Shown here in pieces: positions 26,979 through 38,050 of a stretch of DNA of 64,000 nt. The position numbers were made by a program, and so were the translations under genes. Every line of letters starts with the position of its first letter. Positions within the stretch are counted from its first letter, which is position 1. This stretch comes from Eledone cirrhosa (lineage: Eukaryota): contig OZ024760.1 of assembly GCA_964016885.1 (NCBI GenBank), positions 35,333,640 through 35,397,639 on the forward strand, in the 5' to 3' direction. Below the pieces are notes generated by a model. It did not search any database. It worked only from the letters and a program-made list of their open reading frames with translations, and had not been told where the DNA came from.

Positions 26979-27021
<43 letters not shown>

Positions 27022-27032
27022 TACATATACAT

Positions 27033-27073
<41 letters not shown>

Positions 27074-27356
27074 TATATATATATATATACACATATATAC
27101 ATATACACACACATATATACATATACACACACACATATATATATACATATACACATATATATTTATACATACACACACACATATATACACATACATATAT
27201 ATACATACACATACATATATATATATACACACACACATACATATATATATACACACACACACACACATGTACATACATTCACATATATACATACATATAC
27301 ACATATATATATACACACACATATATATATATATATACAAGTGTATATATATACAC

Positions 27357-27401
<45 letters not shown>

Positions 27402-27471
27402 CACACACACACATATATATATATATAGAGAGAGAGAGACAAAGGTAAAATCCAGGCTGCAGTGGTTTCAG

Positions 27472-27517
<46 letters not shown>
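26953..27517. repeat. (TA)n/(CA)n compound microsatellite
   Basis: Direct; source of YIYI/VCVC ORFs. Confidence 0.95.
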
Positions 27518-27521
<4 letters not shown>

Positions 27522-28009
27522 TACTTTGGGAGGGTCATGTTGCCAATAAGAAACACACGCACCAGTTGCTTTCACTTCAATTTATTATATATTTATAAAT
27601 TCATAAATTTACAAATCTACAAACTTATAAATTATAAATTTCTGGTTGGTTGGTTGGTTCCACAACCAGATAGTTGTTTATATATATAGTCATAGTCCTT
27701 TCGTCACACACTCTGTGACCTCTTCAGTGACTGGGGATTCCTTTCTTCGTTTCTGTGCCTTTTCTTTCTTCTATCCTACGCCATTTTGTTTCTGTGTGTG
27801 TGTTGTGTGCTCAGTTTGCGCATGTGCCACATCCGGGTGTCTGTGTGTGTTTGTGTTCATTTTTCTATTTGTTTATTTATTTATTGTTGGTTGGTTGTTT
27901 GTTCTATGTGTGTGTGTGTTTTCATTTTGTCCTGTGTGTGTTTTCATTTTGTGTGTGTTTTCAATTGTAAGTTGTTTGTTCTATGTGTGTGTGTGTTTTC
28001 ATTTTGTCA

Positions 28010-28800
28010 TTAATTGTAAGTTGTGATGTTGCTGTTCCACTCATATTTTCTATTTAATTTTGGTTTTAATTCTTTTATGCTTACTGCCTCTGTAATTTGC
28101 CTAAACATTGCGTCTTTTCTGTGCGTGGATTCTATTTTTATTTCTATGCTCTCTAATCTACCCCTGTGTTCTATCTTAGCATGTTGGTAGAGCACAGATG
28201 ATTCTTTATTATCTTGGAGGTCTCGCCAGTGTTCATTTATTCGTTCCCCTATACTACGAGCTGTCTCACCTATGTACACTATATTTTTGTTTCTACATTG
28301 TCCTTCAGTACATCTTATGCTATACACTACATTTCTAGTTTTACAGTTAATATGGGGGCTTATTTTACAGGTTATACATTTCTTATCTATACATGAGGGT
28401 CTTTGGAACGGGTATGCCTTGCTAATAAGTGTTTTTACGGAGGTACCAGGTCTTTCTACTATCTTAATATTGAGATTATGTTTATTTAGGGCCTTTCTAA
28501 ATTTGTAGGCTAGTTCGCCTCTAGGGGTTGTATTGATGAACATTACACTCTGGTATTTATTGCTATCATACCATGAGTTTATTCTATTGGCCTTGTTCCT
28601 AGTTCTTTCTATTCTATTCCAAAATTTGCTCCTATACAAGGGGCAGGTCCCATTTATGTCATTATTTACCATTTTTCCCATTTGGTTCTGGCTCCTTTAT
28701 ACACTCTGATTGTAGCCAGAGAACTGCATACAGTGCATGAAGTGTTGTATGTGTCTCTCTAGTTCTTCGGGGTTGCACATGCGGGACACATTTCTCATCA
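28010..28800 (-). pseudogene. Mirror copy of the PLE ORF fragment with a 14-bp deletion near 28710
   Basis: Same protein apart from T/A at ISK(T/A)YP; deletion between AATCAGAG microhomologies. Confidence 0.85.
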
Positions 28801-29606
28801 TGATGAGAAATGTGTCCCGTATGTGCAACCCCGAAGAACTAGAGAGACACATACAACACTTCATCCACTGTATGCAGTTCTCTGGCTACAATCAGAGAGA
28901 TAGAATCAGAGTGTATAAAGGAGCCAGAACCAAATGGGAAAAAATGGTAAATAATGACATAAATGGGACCTGCCCCTTGTATAGGAGCAAATTTTGGAAT
29001 AGAATAGAAAGAACTAGGAACAAGGCCAATAGAATAAACTCATGGTATGATAGCAATAAATACCAGAGTGTAATGTTCATCAATACAACCCCTAGAGGCG
29101 AACTAGCCTACAAATTTAGAAAGGCCCTAAATAAACATAATCTCAATATTAAGATAGTAGAAAGACCTGGTACCTCCGTAAAAACACTTATTAGCAAGAC
29201 ATACCCGTTCCAAAGACCCTCATGTATAGATAAGAAATGTATAACCTGTAAAATAAGCCCCCATATTAACTGTAAAACTAGAAATGTAGTGTATAGCATA
29301 AGATGTACTGAAGGACAATGTAGAAACAAAAATATAGTGTACATAGGTGAGACAGCTCGTAGTATAGGGGAACGAATAAATGAACACTGGCGAGACCTCC
29401 AAGATAATAAAGAATCATCTGTGCTCTACCAACATGCTAAGATAGAACACAGGGGTAGATTAGAGAGCATAGAAATAAAAATAGAATCCACGCACAGAAA
29501 AGACGCAATGTTTAGGCAAATTACAGAAGCAGTAAGCATAAAAGAATTAAAACCAAAATTAAATAGAAAATATGAGTGGAACAGCAACATCACAACTTAC
29601 AATTAA
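28800..29606 (+). pseudogene. PLE ORF fragment: RT thumb, Cys-rich linker and GIY-YIG endonuclease (Neptune-like layout)
   Basis: NVVYSIRC..YIGETARSIGERINEH..E; linker CIDKKCITC..NC; the first ~21 aa of ORF 28737 come from the palindrome centre. Confidence 0.88.
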
Positions 29607-29866
29607 GGACAAAATGAAAACACACACACACATAGAACAAACAACTTACAATTGAAAACACACACAGGACAAAATGAAAACACACACACACATAGAACAA
29701 ACAACCAACCAACAATAAATAAATAAACAAATAGAAAAATGAACACAAACACACACAGACACCCGGATGTGGCACATGCGCAAACTGAGCACACAACACA
29801 CACACAGAAACAAAATGGCGTAGGATAGAAGAAACAAAAGGCACAGAAACGAAGAAAGGAATCCCC

Positions 29867-29911
29867 AGTCACTGAAGAGGTCACAGAGTGTGTGACGAAA
29901 GGACTATGACT
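29867..29911 (+). ncRNA. Minimal type I hammerhead ribozyme in PLE pLTR (mirror copy 27688-27732, minus)
   Basis: AGTCA-CTGAAGA-G-GTCACA/TGTGAC-GAAA-GGAC-TA-TGACT: stem I AGTCA/TGACT, stem II, very short stem III. Confidence 0.7.
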
Positions 29912-30938
29912 ATATATATAAACAACTATCTGGTTGTGGAACCAACCAACCAACCAGTAATTTATAATTTATAAGTTTGTAGATTTGTAAATTTATGAAT
30001 TTATAAATATATAATAAATTGAAGTGAAAGCAACTGGTGCGTGTGTTTCTTATTGGCAACATGACCCTCCCAAAGTATAACAATATCGGTTTCAACACAC
30101 GATTTCAGATAAAGAATCTTGCTAAACAAATTCAGAAACGAAATATATATATATATATATATATAAATCAGTATATAGACAGAAGTACATATATAGGTAT
30201 GTCTTTAAACACATACCTATATGTATACTCTCTATATACTGATTTATAAAGAGCCCGGAATCTATTCCTTGAGTTCATTAAATTATAAGGGATTAACGTG
30301 AATCTTTAGCTTTGTGTATGTATATATATATATACTCACACAGTAATATATGTGTCTGTTTACATGCATCTGTTGATGTATGTTCCCCTACATACACATA
30401 TGAGAGAAAGCAAAAGAAAACAGAAAGAAATATTGGTTGATTTGACATTTCTTTAAAATAAATTGCAAATGGTTTTTAATGAATATATGGATAAATGAAT
30501 GAATGATTGAGTGATTGGTACCAAAAAGAATAAAATAAGGGACATGGGGAGGTTAAACCAAGCGCAACTAATCTTGCAACTGGCCTGGTGTGAAGCTGAA
30601 CAATACTTTCTATGGACACGGAGAAGAATGGTTAAATGATGAAGAGATAGATAAGAAAAAGATGGAAGTCCAGAGAAAAGGTACGCCTAAGGAGAGAGAA
30701 AGAAAGACAGGCAGAAAGAGGGTAAAAGGAAGCGACTATGGAGGAAGGGGTGGACATTAAAATGAAAAAAAAAAAAAGAAAAAAAAAATTAAATTAAATG
30801 ACATCTGACAAGCAGATATTGTGTTCAGAGGGTGCGGATGGGGCTGAAGTTGATATTATTTCACAGGAAAAAAAAAGTAACCCACGCCATCCCTCTCCCC
30901 AGCAGTCTTTGGATGAAGCCCTCATATGTAGAAATTTT

Positions 30939-31040
<102 letters not shown>

Positions 31041-31166
31041 TTATTATAGTTCATTTGGAAGGATTATTCTCACATTGATACTTAAGTAGTAGAGGAAAGG
31101 GATAAAGGCCACCACTCAACAACACAAAATGTTAGACAGAAAAATGGAAGTAAAAAGGGCATCATA

Positions 31167-31864
31167 CTTAGTGTGGCAATAAAGTGCTTAGAATAACCCT
31201 TTAAATGAAAATGCACAACATATTGAAACAAAAATTTATTTATTCAGCAAAACATAATCTCTATTGAATGCAATAACATTTTTACAGTGCTTAAGCAAAG
31301 CATTTAACTTTTTCTGGAACCGTTTCCTTCAGAAATTCTCAAAATCAGTGCAATGATTCATCTACCACCTCTTCTAATGAATAGAAAACAAGTTTTCTTT
31401 GTTTATTCCAGTAACATGTGCAATGCAACGCAATGTTTGTTTTGGTTCTGCATCAATGATACTTTGAATGAGTTGAATGTTGGCATGAATAGTTGTTGTG
31501 CAAGGACAAGGACGGCCAGAACAAGGAGCATCAATAAGTGATGATCTACTACCATCTTGAATTGTTTCACCCAATGATAAATGATTGAATTTGCTGGAAT
31601 GTTGTTAATTCCACTCTCCTTCAATTGTGTAATAATATTTGTTGCTGATTTGCCTCGTTTCCATTCAATGAAAACATATGCTCTAAAATTTTCTTGACTT
31701 AAATCCATTCAAAATAATTATGCATGGACCTGTGATAAAATACAGCATTCATACAGAATATCACACATGTACAACAAAGTTCAAAATCCAACTAATATTA
31801 ACTACATTCACTGCTATATACAGCTCACAGCCTACTATTCTAAAGACTTTATTGCCACGCCAAG
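31167..31864 (-). mobile_element. Internally deleted mariner-type transposon in an ELOF1 intron
   Basis: ~29-bp TIRs CTTRGYGTGGCAATAAAGT, TA on both sides; frameshifted N-terminal HTH (W..QFK..DAP.SGRP) joined to a C-terminal remnant; catalytic core missing. Confidence 0.85.
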
Positions 31865-32922
31865 TATTTACACTGACATTCCTATGCTGGCAGGAGTGTT
31901 TTGAGATAATATTTAATAGCTATGCCTTTCCTGACTTAAACCTGTTTAGTTGCCTCATACAACACAGAGATACAGTGTACCTATTATAAAAATCAGGATG
32001 CACATGGCAAATACATATACATATCATCATCGTTTTTAAGTCTGTTTTTCCACGCTTGCATGGGTTGAACAGGTCCTTTTCAGCACAGTATCTCTCCACT
32101 CGTCATGTTCCTTCACAATCTCCTTTGAGAGTCTCAGCAATTTAAGATCAGTTATCACCACCTCTACTCAGGTCTTTCACACACAAACATTCATGCTGTC
32201 AGTAGACGTAAAGAGAGAGGAGTAGTATGAGTTAGTTAAACTACTCCTCTCTCTTTACGTGTTGTGACAGAAACACAGAAATTTATATATAGATATACGT
32301 GTAAGTGCTTATAATGAACAATGGAACTCAAATGAGCTGGATGTAAGAGAAATCAAATGGAGTGTGCAAATGAACAGATTGCACTGATATAGACATGTGA
32401 TGTGTACGAAGAATAGAATGAGAGGTGGTTATAGAAATGCCAAAACATCCAAATGGAAGAGAACTAAAAAAGTTATAGAATAGGAAGATGTGGAAAAAAA
32501 TGGTGAAGACTGATCTCAGGAATCAATCCTTTTGAAAGAGTTAACAACAGGATCACAGTCATTTGTGAGATGTTATGCTAGAGACAGATCCACCCAACAC
32601 ATTCAATAGAAAAATGGATGTAAAATTATGTTACACACACACATACATACATGAGGATTGCAGCATCTTCACAGACGATTGCCATCTCTTATTGATTCTA
32701 CATTGTCATCCCATCTGTGTCCATGACTTCATAGACCAGCTGTAGATCTGCATGATTTACGACACAGGTGACAGAAGAGAGTTGTGCTTTCCACAATCTT
32801 TATGCATCACCATTAGTCCAGAACTAGTTCTACACACTTTGTTGTGTATCATACTCGTTTCGCCAGGTCATACATTCATACATACAGATACATGCACACA
32901 CAAACAAAAGACAGAAACTTAC

Positions 32923-32993
32923 AATTTATACTTGTCTGAAAATCTTCCAGACATACACTGCAGCTAATAATTCCAGTGTTGCGGTTTCTATCC
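32923..32993 (-). CDS. ELOF1: ELOF1 coding exon 2 (DRNRNTGIISCSVCLEDFQTSIN)
   Basis: AG/GT boundaries, 71 nt, second CxxC of the zinc ribbon. Confidence 0.96.
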
Positions 32994-33121
32994 CTGAAAA
33001 ATAGACAATCTACATGAACACCCAGGGACATCACACATATACATAAAGATTAAAACTACAAATAATAATTATTAATTTATAAAATAATTTCCAACTAATT
33101 ATAATGCTGATTTAATGTATC

Positions 33122-33395
33122 AAACACACTCACATGTTGGTTTTCACTTCAATTTATTATAAATTTCCGGTTGGTTGGTTGTTCTGTCCTACATCATCTA
33201 CACAAGATGGTGTAGGACAACAAAGGAGAGACACAAATAAAAACCCAGTCACTGAGGAGGTCACAGAATGTGTGACAAAAGAGCTTTGACAATATATAAA
33301 CAACCATCCAACCGGAAATTAATAAATTGAAATGAAAACCAACAGGTGCATGTGTTTTTATTGGCAGCATGACCCTCCCAAAGTATAACAATATC
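33122..33395. mobile_element. Solo PLE pLTR related to 29815-30087, with a short inverted copy and a degenerate hammerhead
   Basis: CAGTCACTGAGGAGGTCACAGAATGTGTGACAAAAG and GACCCTCCCAAAGTATAACAATATC shared; 33122-33182 is inverted. Confidence 0.8.
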
Positions 33396-33508
33396 AATAT
33401 ATATATATATAGAGGTAGAACACTGGAAGGTAATATCCGTAGTAGTAGAGCACTCAGTCCATGGGACGAGTTTGGTAGAAGTAGTAACACAACTGTTAGT
33501 TCACCATA

Positions 33509-33576
33509 CCGAGAACAATTGTTTCACCTTAGCGGGTCTTCAGAGTCCGAGCTGAAGACTCGCTAAGGTGAAACAA
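33509..33576. ncRNA. Back-to-back pair of hammerhead-like cores
   Basis: GTTTCACCTTAGCGGGTCTTCAG / CTGAAGACTCGCTAAGGTGAAAC; composite CCGAG-CTGAAGA-..-GAAAC-AATT-GTT-CTCGG. Confidence 0.55.
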
Positions 33577-33775
33577 CCCTTTAGCATTTAAATTATTCTA
33601 TATTTACTATTGTATTTTTACAGTATAGGCTTTATCTCACATAATACCAAATCAACAAGATTTTGATATTTATTTTGAGAACAATACCTTAACATCAGCA
33701 TGAGCAGCCAATTATGGTCGATTTGAACAGAAAGAGGTGAGAGAATTCTGGCCAGTTTAACTGCTAAAGGGTTAA
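33575..33775. mobile_element. piggyBac-type MITE (~200 bp); copies at ~38893-39088, 44672-44885, 44886-45092, 45299-45483, ~58207-58394
   Basis: TIR CCCTTTAGCATTTA/TAAATGCTAAAGGG followed by TTAA; shared internal sequence. Confidence 0.75.
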
Positions 33776-33966
33776 GGCAATCAACGGTTTAAATTCAAAA
33801 ATTATTTTACATCATGATAATACCATTTGTTGAAAATTTACTAACTAAATACCTACCACCTACCCTGGGTCTCTACTCACAATATGTTACTGTTCAATGA
33901 AAAGAAATATAATAAAACTAAGTATAAAAGAAAACAAAAACTACCTAAGAAAGAGAAAAAGCTTAC

Positions 33967-34082
33967 ATTTTTACTTCACAGGACTTTTCGTGGTTACAAA
34001 ATGGACAGTTGAAAATCAGGTCCAGTGGTTCAATAGCCTTCCTTTTCGGGGGTGGCTTACGTGCCTTCTTTCTTCGACCCAT
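33967..34082 (-). CDS. ELOF1: ELOF1 coding exon 1 ([39 protein letters not shown])
   Basis: ATG at 34082; acceptor at 34094-34095; GTAAG donor; 116 nt; exons total 252 nt = 83 aa + stop. Confidence 0.97.
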
Positions 34083-36309
34083 CTTGGAATGTGCTGAAAA
34101 TACAATAAGATGTAATAAAAGTGAGAGAGTGTGAATATTGTGGAGAAACTACCATAGAGAAGTATATAGCAGTGTATATTCAATCCAGAGCCTTTTCATT
34201 CTTACTGGAGGAACCCCACCCTGATTGATCTCCACCGTTTTGGGTTTTGGTCATGTCAGGGGTGTAGTCATACTCACCACGCTTGGCCAATTGCAGGTTG
34301 GTGAGGCTATTTAACCCATCAAAATCAATTCAACTGCTGAATGAACTGAAGCAAGGTGAAATAAAGTGTTTTGCTCAAGAACAACGCAAAGCCTTGTCCG
34401 AGAATCAAACTCACAACCTCAGGATTGTAAACCCAATGCTCTAACCATTAAGCCATGTACCTTCAAATACCAGTGTATATACATATATCATGGTCTTCAG
34501 ACCTGGAAGAGAGATCAAAGTAGCATGTGCTTGTGCTACACACATGCAGCTCTCTATCTATCAACAGCCAGTAGCAACTGATCAGCTATATCAACGACAG
34601 GGTTTTCAGAGTGACCTCTCAAAAACAACAAAAAAAATGTTCATAGCTGCGTCAGCCGTAGGTTTTCCCAGATAAATATAAATAGGTTAAACAAATAAAT
34701 AAATAAGATGAAATAAAATTTTAAAAAAATACATACACACGTACACACAAACAATTCCCCACACACCCACATAATTTGTACACATTATAGGATGGCTGTG
34801 GACTCTCTATTCAGCAGGGTGTCCAATCACACTCCTCACAAAGCAAGCTTGGCGGGGTCGCCGGCAACCCCAAAGTGGAAAAAAGGACATAGAAACGATA
34901 ATTGTTTCTACTTTTTTGGCACAAGACCAGCAATTACCCAGTGTATTACTGGTACTTTATTTTATCGACCCCGTAAGGATGAAAGGCAAAATTAACCTCG
35001 ACGGGTGTGCTGCAAAGCATGGCGTCCGACCCTCTACCGATACTGCCAATTCAAATAGAATACGATAATTATATATAGATATATATACACACACACAAAC
35101 ATGTATACACAGTATTGGATAACCGTTTACTCTGATGAGTTCCATCTTTTGGCAGAGTTTGTTTTTCGCCCCGTAGGGTGTCAAACAAAAAACACCCTGC
35201 TCACCAAGCAGGCTTGGTGGAGTTACCAGTTCAATTACCAATGACTTCACAAACGCTACTAGTACAATGTGTGTGTGCATGTGACCATTCCTTTGTTTAC
35301 AAAAAGAGACCGATAAAATAGGTACCATAAAGTACTGAGGGCGATATAATCGACTTAAATTCCTTCTAGAAAGTGCAACGGCAAGGCCTCGGTCTAATGA
35401 CCGAAACCAGCAAAATAAGGACTAAAAGCATATATCATCATGATCATATATATTATATATATATAAATCTTTCACAAGCACGCAGTGTTTATACATACAT
35501 AAATGGCAAAAATGTTAGGGTGTCCAGTTTGGGATTTGGTTGTAACACGAAACTGGACTAATTTAAAAAAACTTAAGGATACAAATCTTCAAATATGATC
35601 ACAAATTCCTCAAATGTTAATCCGATGTTAACTTTATTTATTATCCTTTTGAGTTCGATAAAAAAAAAAGTACCAGTTAAGTACGCGGATCGATTTAATT
35701 GACATTCTCCCTGCTCCCAAATTGCTGGCCTTGAGCTTGAATTAGGAACCATCATCGTTATCCATTTTAAACACAAAGCACAGGACCCAAAAAGACGTTT
35801 ATGGAGGGGAATATTCAATTATTAAAACATAGTGAACAGGAACGATACTGTATTGTTTTATATCAACCCCCGTGGAGATATGCAAGGTAAAGTCCAACCT
35901 TGGCGGGATTTCAACTTATTACCGCAAAAGCGGTAGGACCAGAGAAGGGGAAAGGTTGAAAATGCCTCGCATATTTAGTCACATTCCGCTACAACTTTGC
36001 TATTAATCGATAATTTATCTAATAAATACTATTTTTTTTAAAGGGATTTCAACCTATTATTCTTCCCACCAAAATACGTTGATTTCTACCTGTTAGAAAT
36101 CATATATTAAAACAGAACATACATGTATATATTCATTTTTCATATATTCTTCGTAAATCCACAAAGCATTTTTATTTTTATTTTTGTCCTTGCAACGTCC
36201 CCTATCCTGTAACCCTTGTGGCTAATAAAGAAATCATTATTATTTATATTTAAAATTAGTCCATACCAAACGAAAACATAAACACAATACACATACATAT
36301 ATATAATAG

Positions 36310-36545
36310 ATACCTTTATAACTTCGTTTACTCGGGGCTCAGCGACGGTATTAAGATGCAAGCGAGAAATACAACCTGGACAGCATGGGACACACTTAAA
36401 TGCCGGACGACGCTAAAGGTGTACTGAAAGAAATAATTCAAAGTAATTTTTGCCTGTTAAAAACACTATGAATGGATTTCTTTAAAAAAAAAGACACCAA
36501 TACTGGGAGAGTGAACCGGAAGTAGTGCACAGCTACTTCCGGTTA
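36310..36545 (-). promoter_or_regulatory. Probable ELOF1 non-coding first exon and promoter with inverted ETS sites
   Basis: CpG-enriched patch; AAG|GTATCT donor near 36313; AACCGGAAGTAG..CTACTTCCGGTT at 36514-36544. Confidence 0.5.
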
Positions 36546-37074
36546 TTTGGCTTCATTTTTAATATAAACAACATGGTTGACGTTTTTAAGTTGACAGGAC
36601 GTTTGATTTTATATATTTAAATATATATACACACACACAGGCACATACGTGCAATGTTGATGGACGCGAGAATGAGTACTCAATACATTTGATTGATGGC
36701 ACTCCGTCGGTTACCACGACGAGTATTCCTGTTGATACGATCAATTGCACAGCTTGCTCATGAAATGAAACGTACAAGTGGCTGAGCATTCCACAAACAC
36801 ACTCAATACAGAAGTAGCGTTTAATGATATTTTTTACTATGGCTCTGTGATGACTCTTGTCATTCTGCAATTCCACCTGTATGCTCACAGGATCACCATC
36901 AGCATCATATATATATATATGCGTATTTGTGTCTGCATGTGCGTTAATCTGATCTTTGTATATATATATATATCGTATTATTTTTGTATGTATATAGAGA
37001 GATTCAGAATAAAGGTAACCAAGACTGTAAATGTGGTTATGAATTTACATATTGAATATATAGACCCTTGAGTA

Positions 37075-37570
37075 ATGACAGAATACGATCGCGAATACAA
37101 GCGGCCGAAATGGGGTTCCTTGGATTAACGTTACTCGATAAAGTGCGTAGCTCAGAGTTCAGAGAGTCACTCCAGGTAGAGCCGCTACTTCTCTGAATTG
37201 AGAGGTCAAAGCTCCTATACTACGAGCATGTGGTTAGAATGTCTCAGGGAAGAATCTCTAGACATATTTGTAGCTCGGAGATCAGAGAGTCACTCCAGGT
37301 AGAGCCGCTACTCCTCCAAATTGAGAGACTACAGCTCCGATACTATGGGGATGTGGTTAGAATGTCTCAGGAAAGAATCGTTGGACAGATTTTACAAGCA
37401 AAATTAACTGGCAAGAGACCCAGGTGTAGATGGCTGAGCAAGATGGTTGGATAACATCCATGAGCTTGGCTGGTCACGATTGGGAATCCAGCCGTATCAG
37501 TTGGAGATGGTTGCTTCTGACAGGGAATGTTTGAGGACTCTGTCCCCACGACCTTCTCAGGAATAAGTGG
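37075..37570 (+). mobile_element. RTE-like LINE 3' fragment with internal tandem duplication; related fragments ~39475-39720 and ~41190-41415
   Basis: RIQAAEMGFL..ESLQVEPLLL.IER.QLRYYG.VVRMSQER. Confidence 0.7.
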
Positions 37571-37639
37571 GCGAAGAAGTGTATATAGACATATAAACAT
37601 GCCAAATATACGTACTTCCTTGTAATTGGAGAAAATAAT

Positions 37640-38050
37640 AAAACACCCTGGATGCTGCGGTTAGGACGAGAGCCACAGCTTCCGCAGCCGAGCGGAGTAA
37701 GACCCTCCAATACTGTGCTCTGTCGGCCAGCTACATTTTTCAGCCTGTGGTTTTCGAGACGTTTGGGGGAGTCGGGCCGCTGACTGCGAGTTTCCTCTCT
37801 TCACTGGTGGCTCGCCTAATAAAGGTAACTGGCGATTCTCGCGAGGGCGCTTGGTTGTTCCAGCGCATTAGCCTCGCCATCACTCGAGGCAATGCTGCGA
37901 GAGTGATGGCTTACCTCAAAAATCATTAGAGAGGTTGCCCGATACTCCTCGCGACACTGCTGTCTTTTGCTCTGATGTTGGCTCCGTTGTTCACCCCTTC
38001 CTTTATATTTTCTTTAATATTGTAACATTAAAAGAATATATCTTTCTGAA
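37640..38050 (+). mobile_element. 5'-truncated CRE-clade non-LTR retrotransposon (C-terminus of restriction-like endonuclease)
   Basis: AAERSK..Y..FQPVVFETFGGVG..TGDSRE..LFQRISLAITRGNA. Confidence 0.7.

Larger units (their letters stand above)
27518..30081. mobile_element. 5'-truncated Penelope-like element duplicated as a spacerless palindrome (centre 28800/28801)
   Basis: ORFs 28010-28681(-) and 28737-29606(+) nearly identical; centre CTCATCA|TGATGAG; pLTR-like tails at both outer ends. Confidence 0.95.

Noticed and set aside
26826-27448. YIYI/VCVC ORFs here and at 42211-42839 and 54664-55535
   Set aside because: Microsatellite translations
28737-29606. Stand-alone homing endonuclease gene
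   Set aside because: Upstream RT-thumb sequence and a pLTR mark it as a truncated PLE; the N-terminus derives from the palindrome centre
35134-35160. CTGATGAG as a hammerhead
   Set aside because: No GAAA or stems follow
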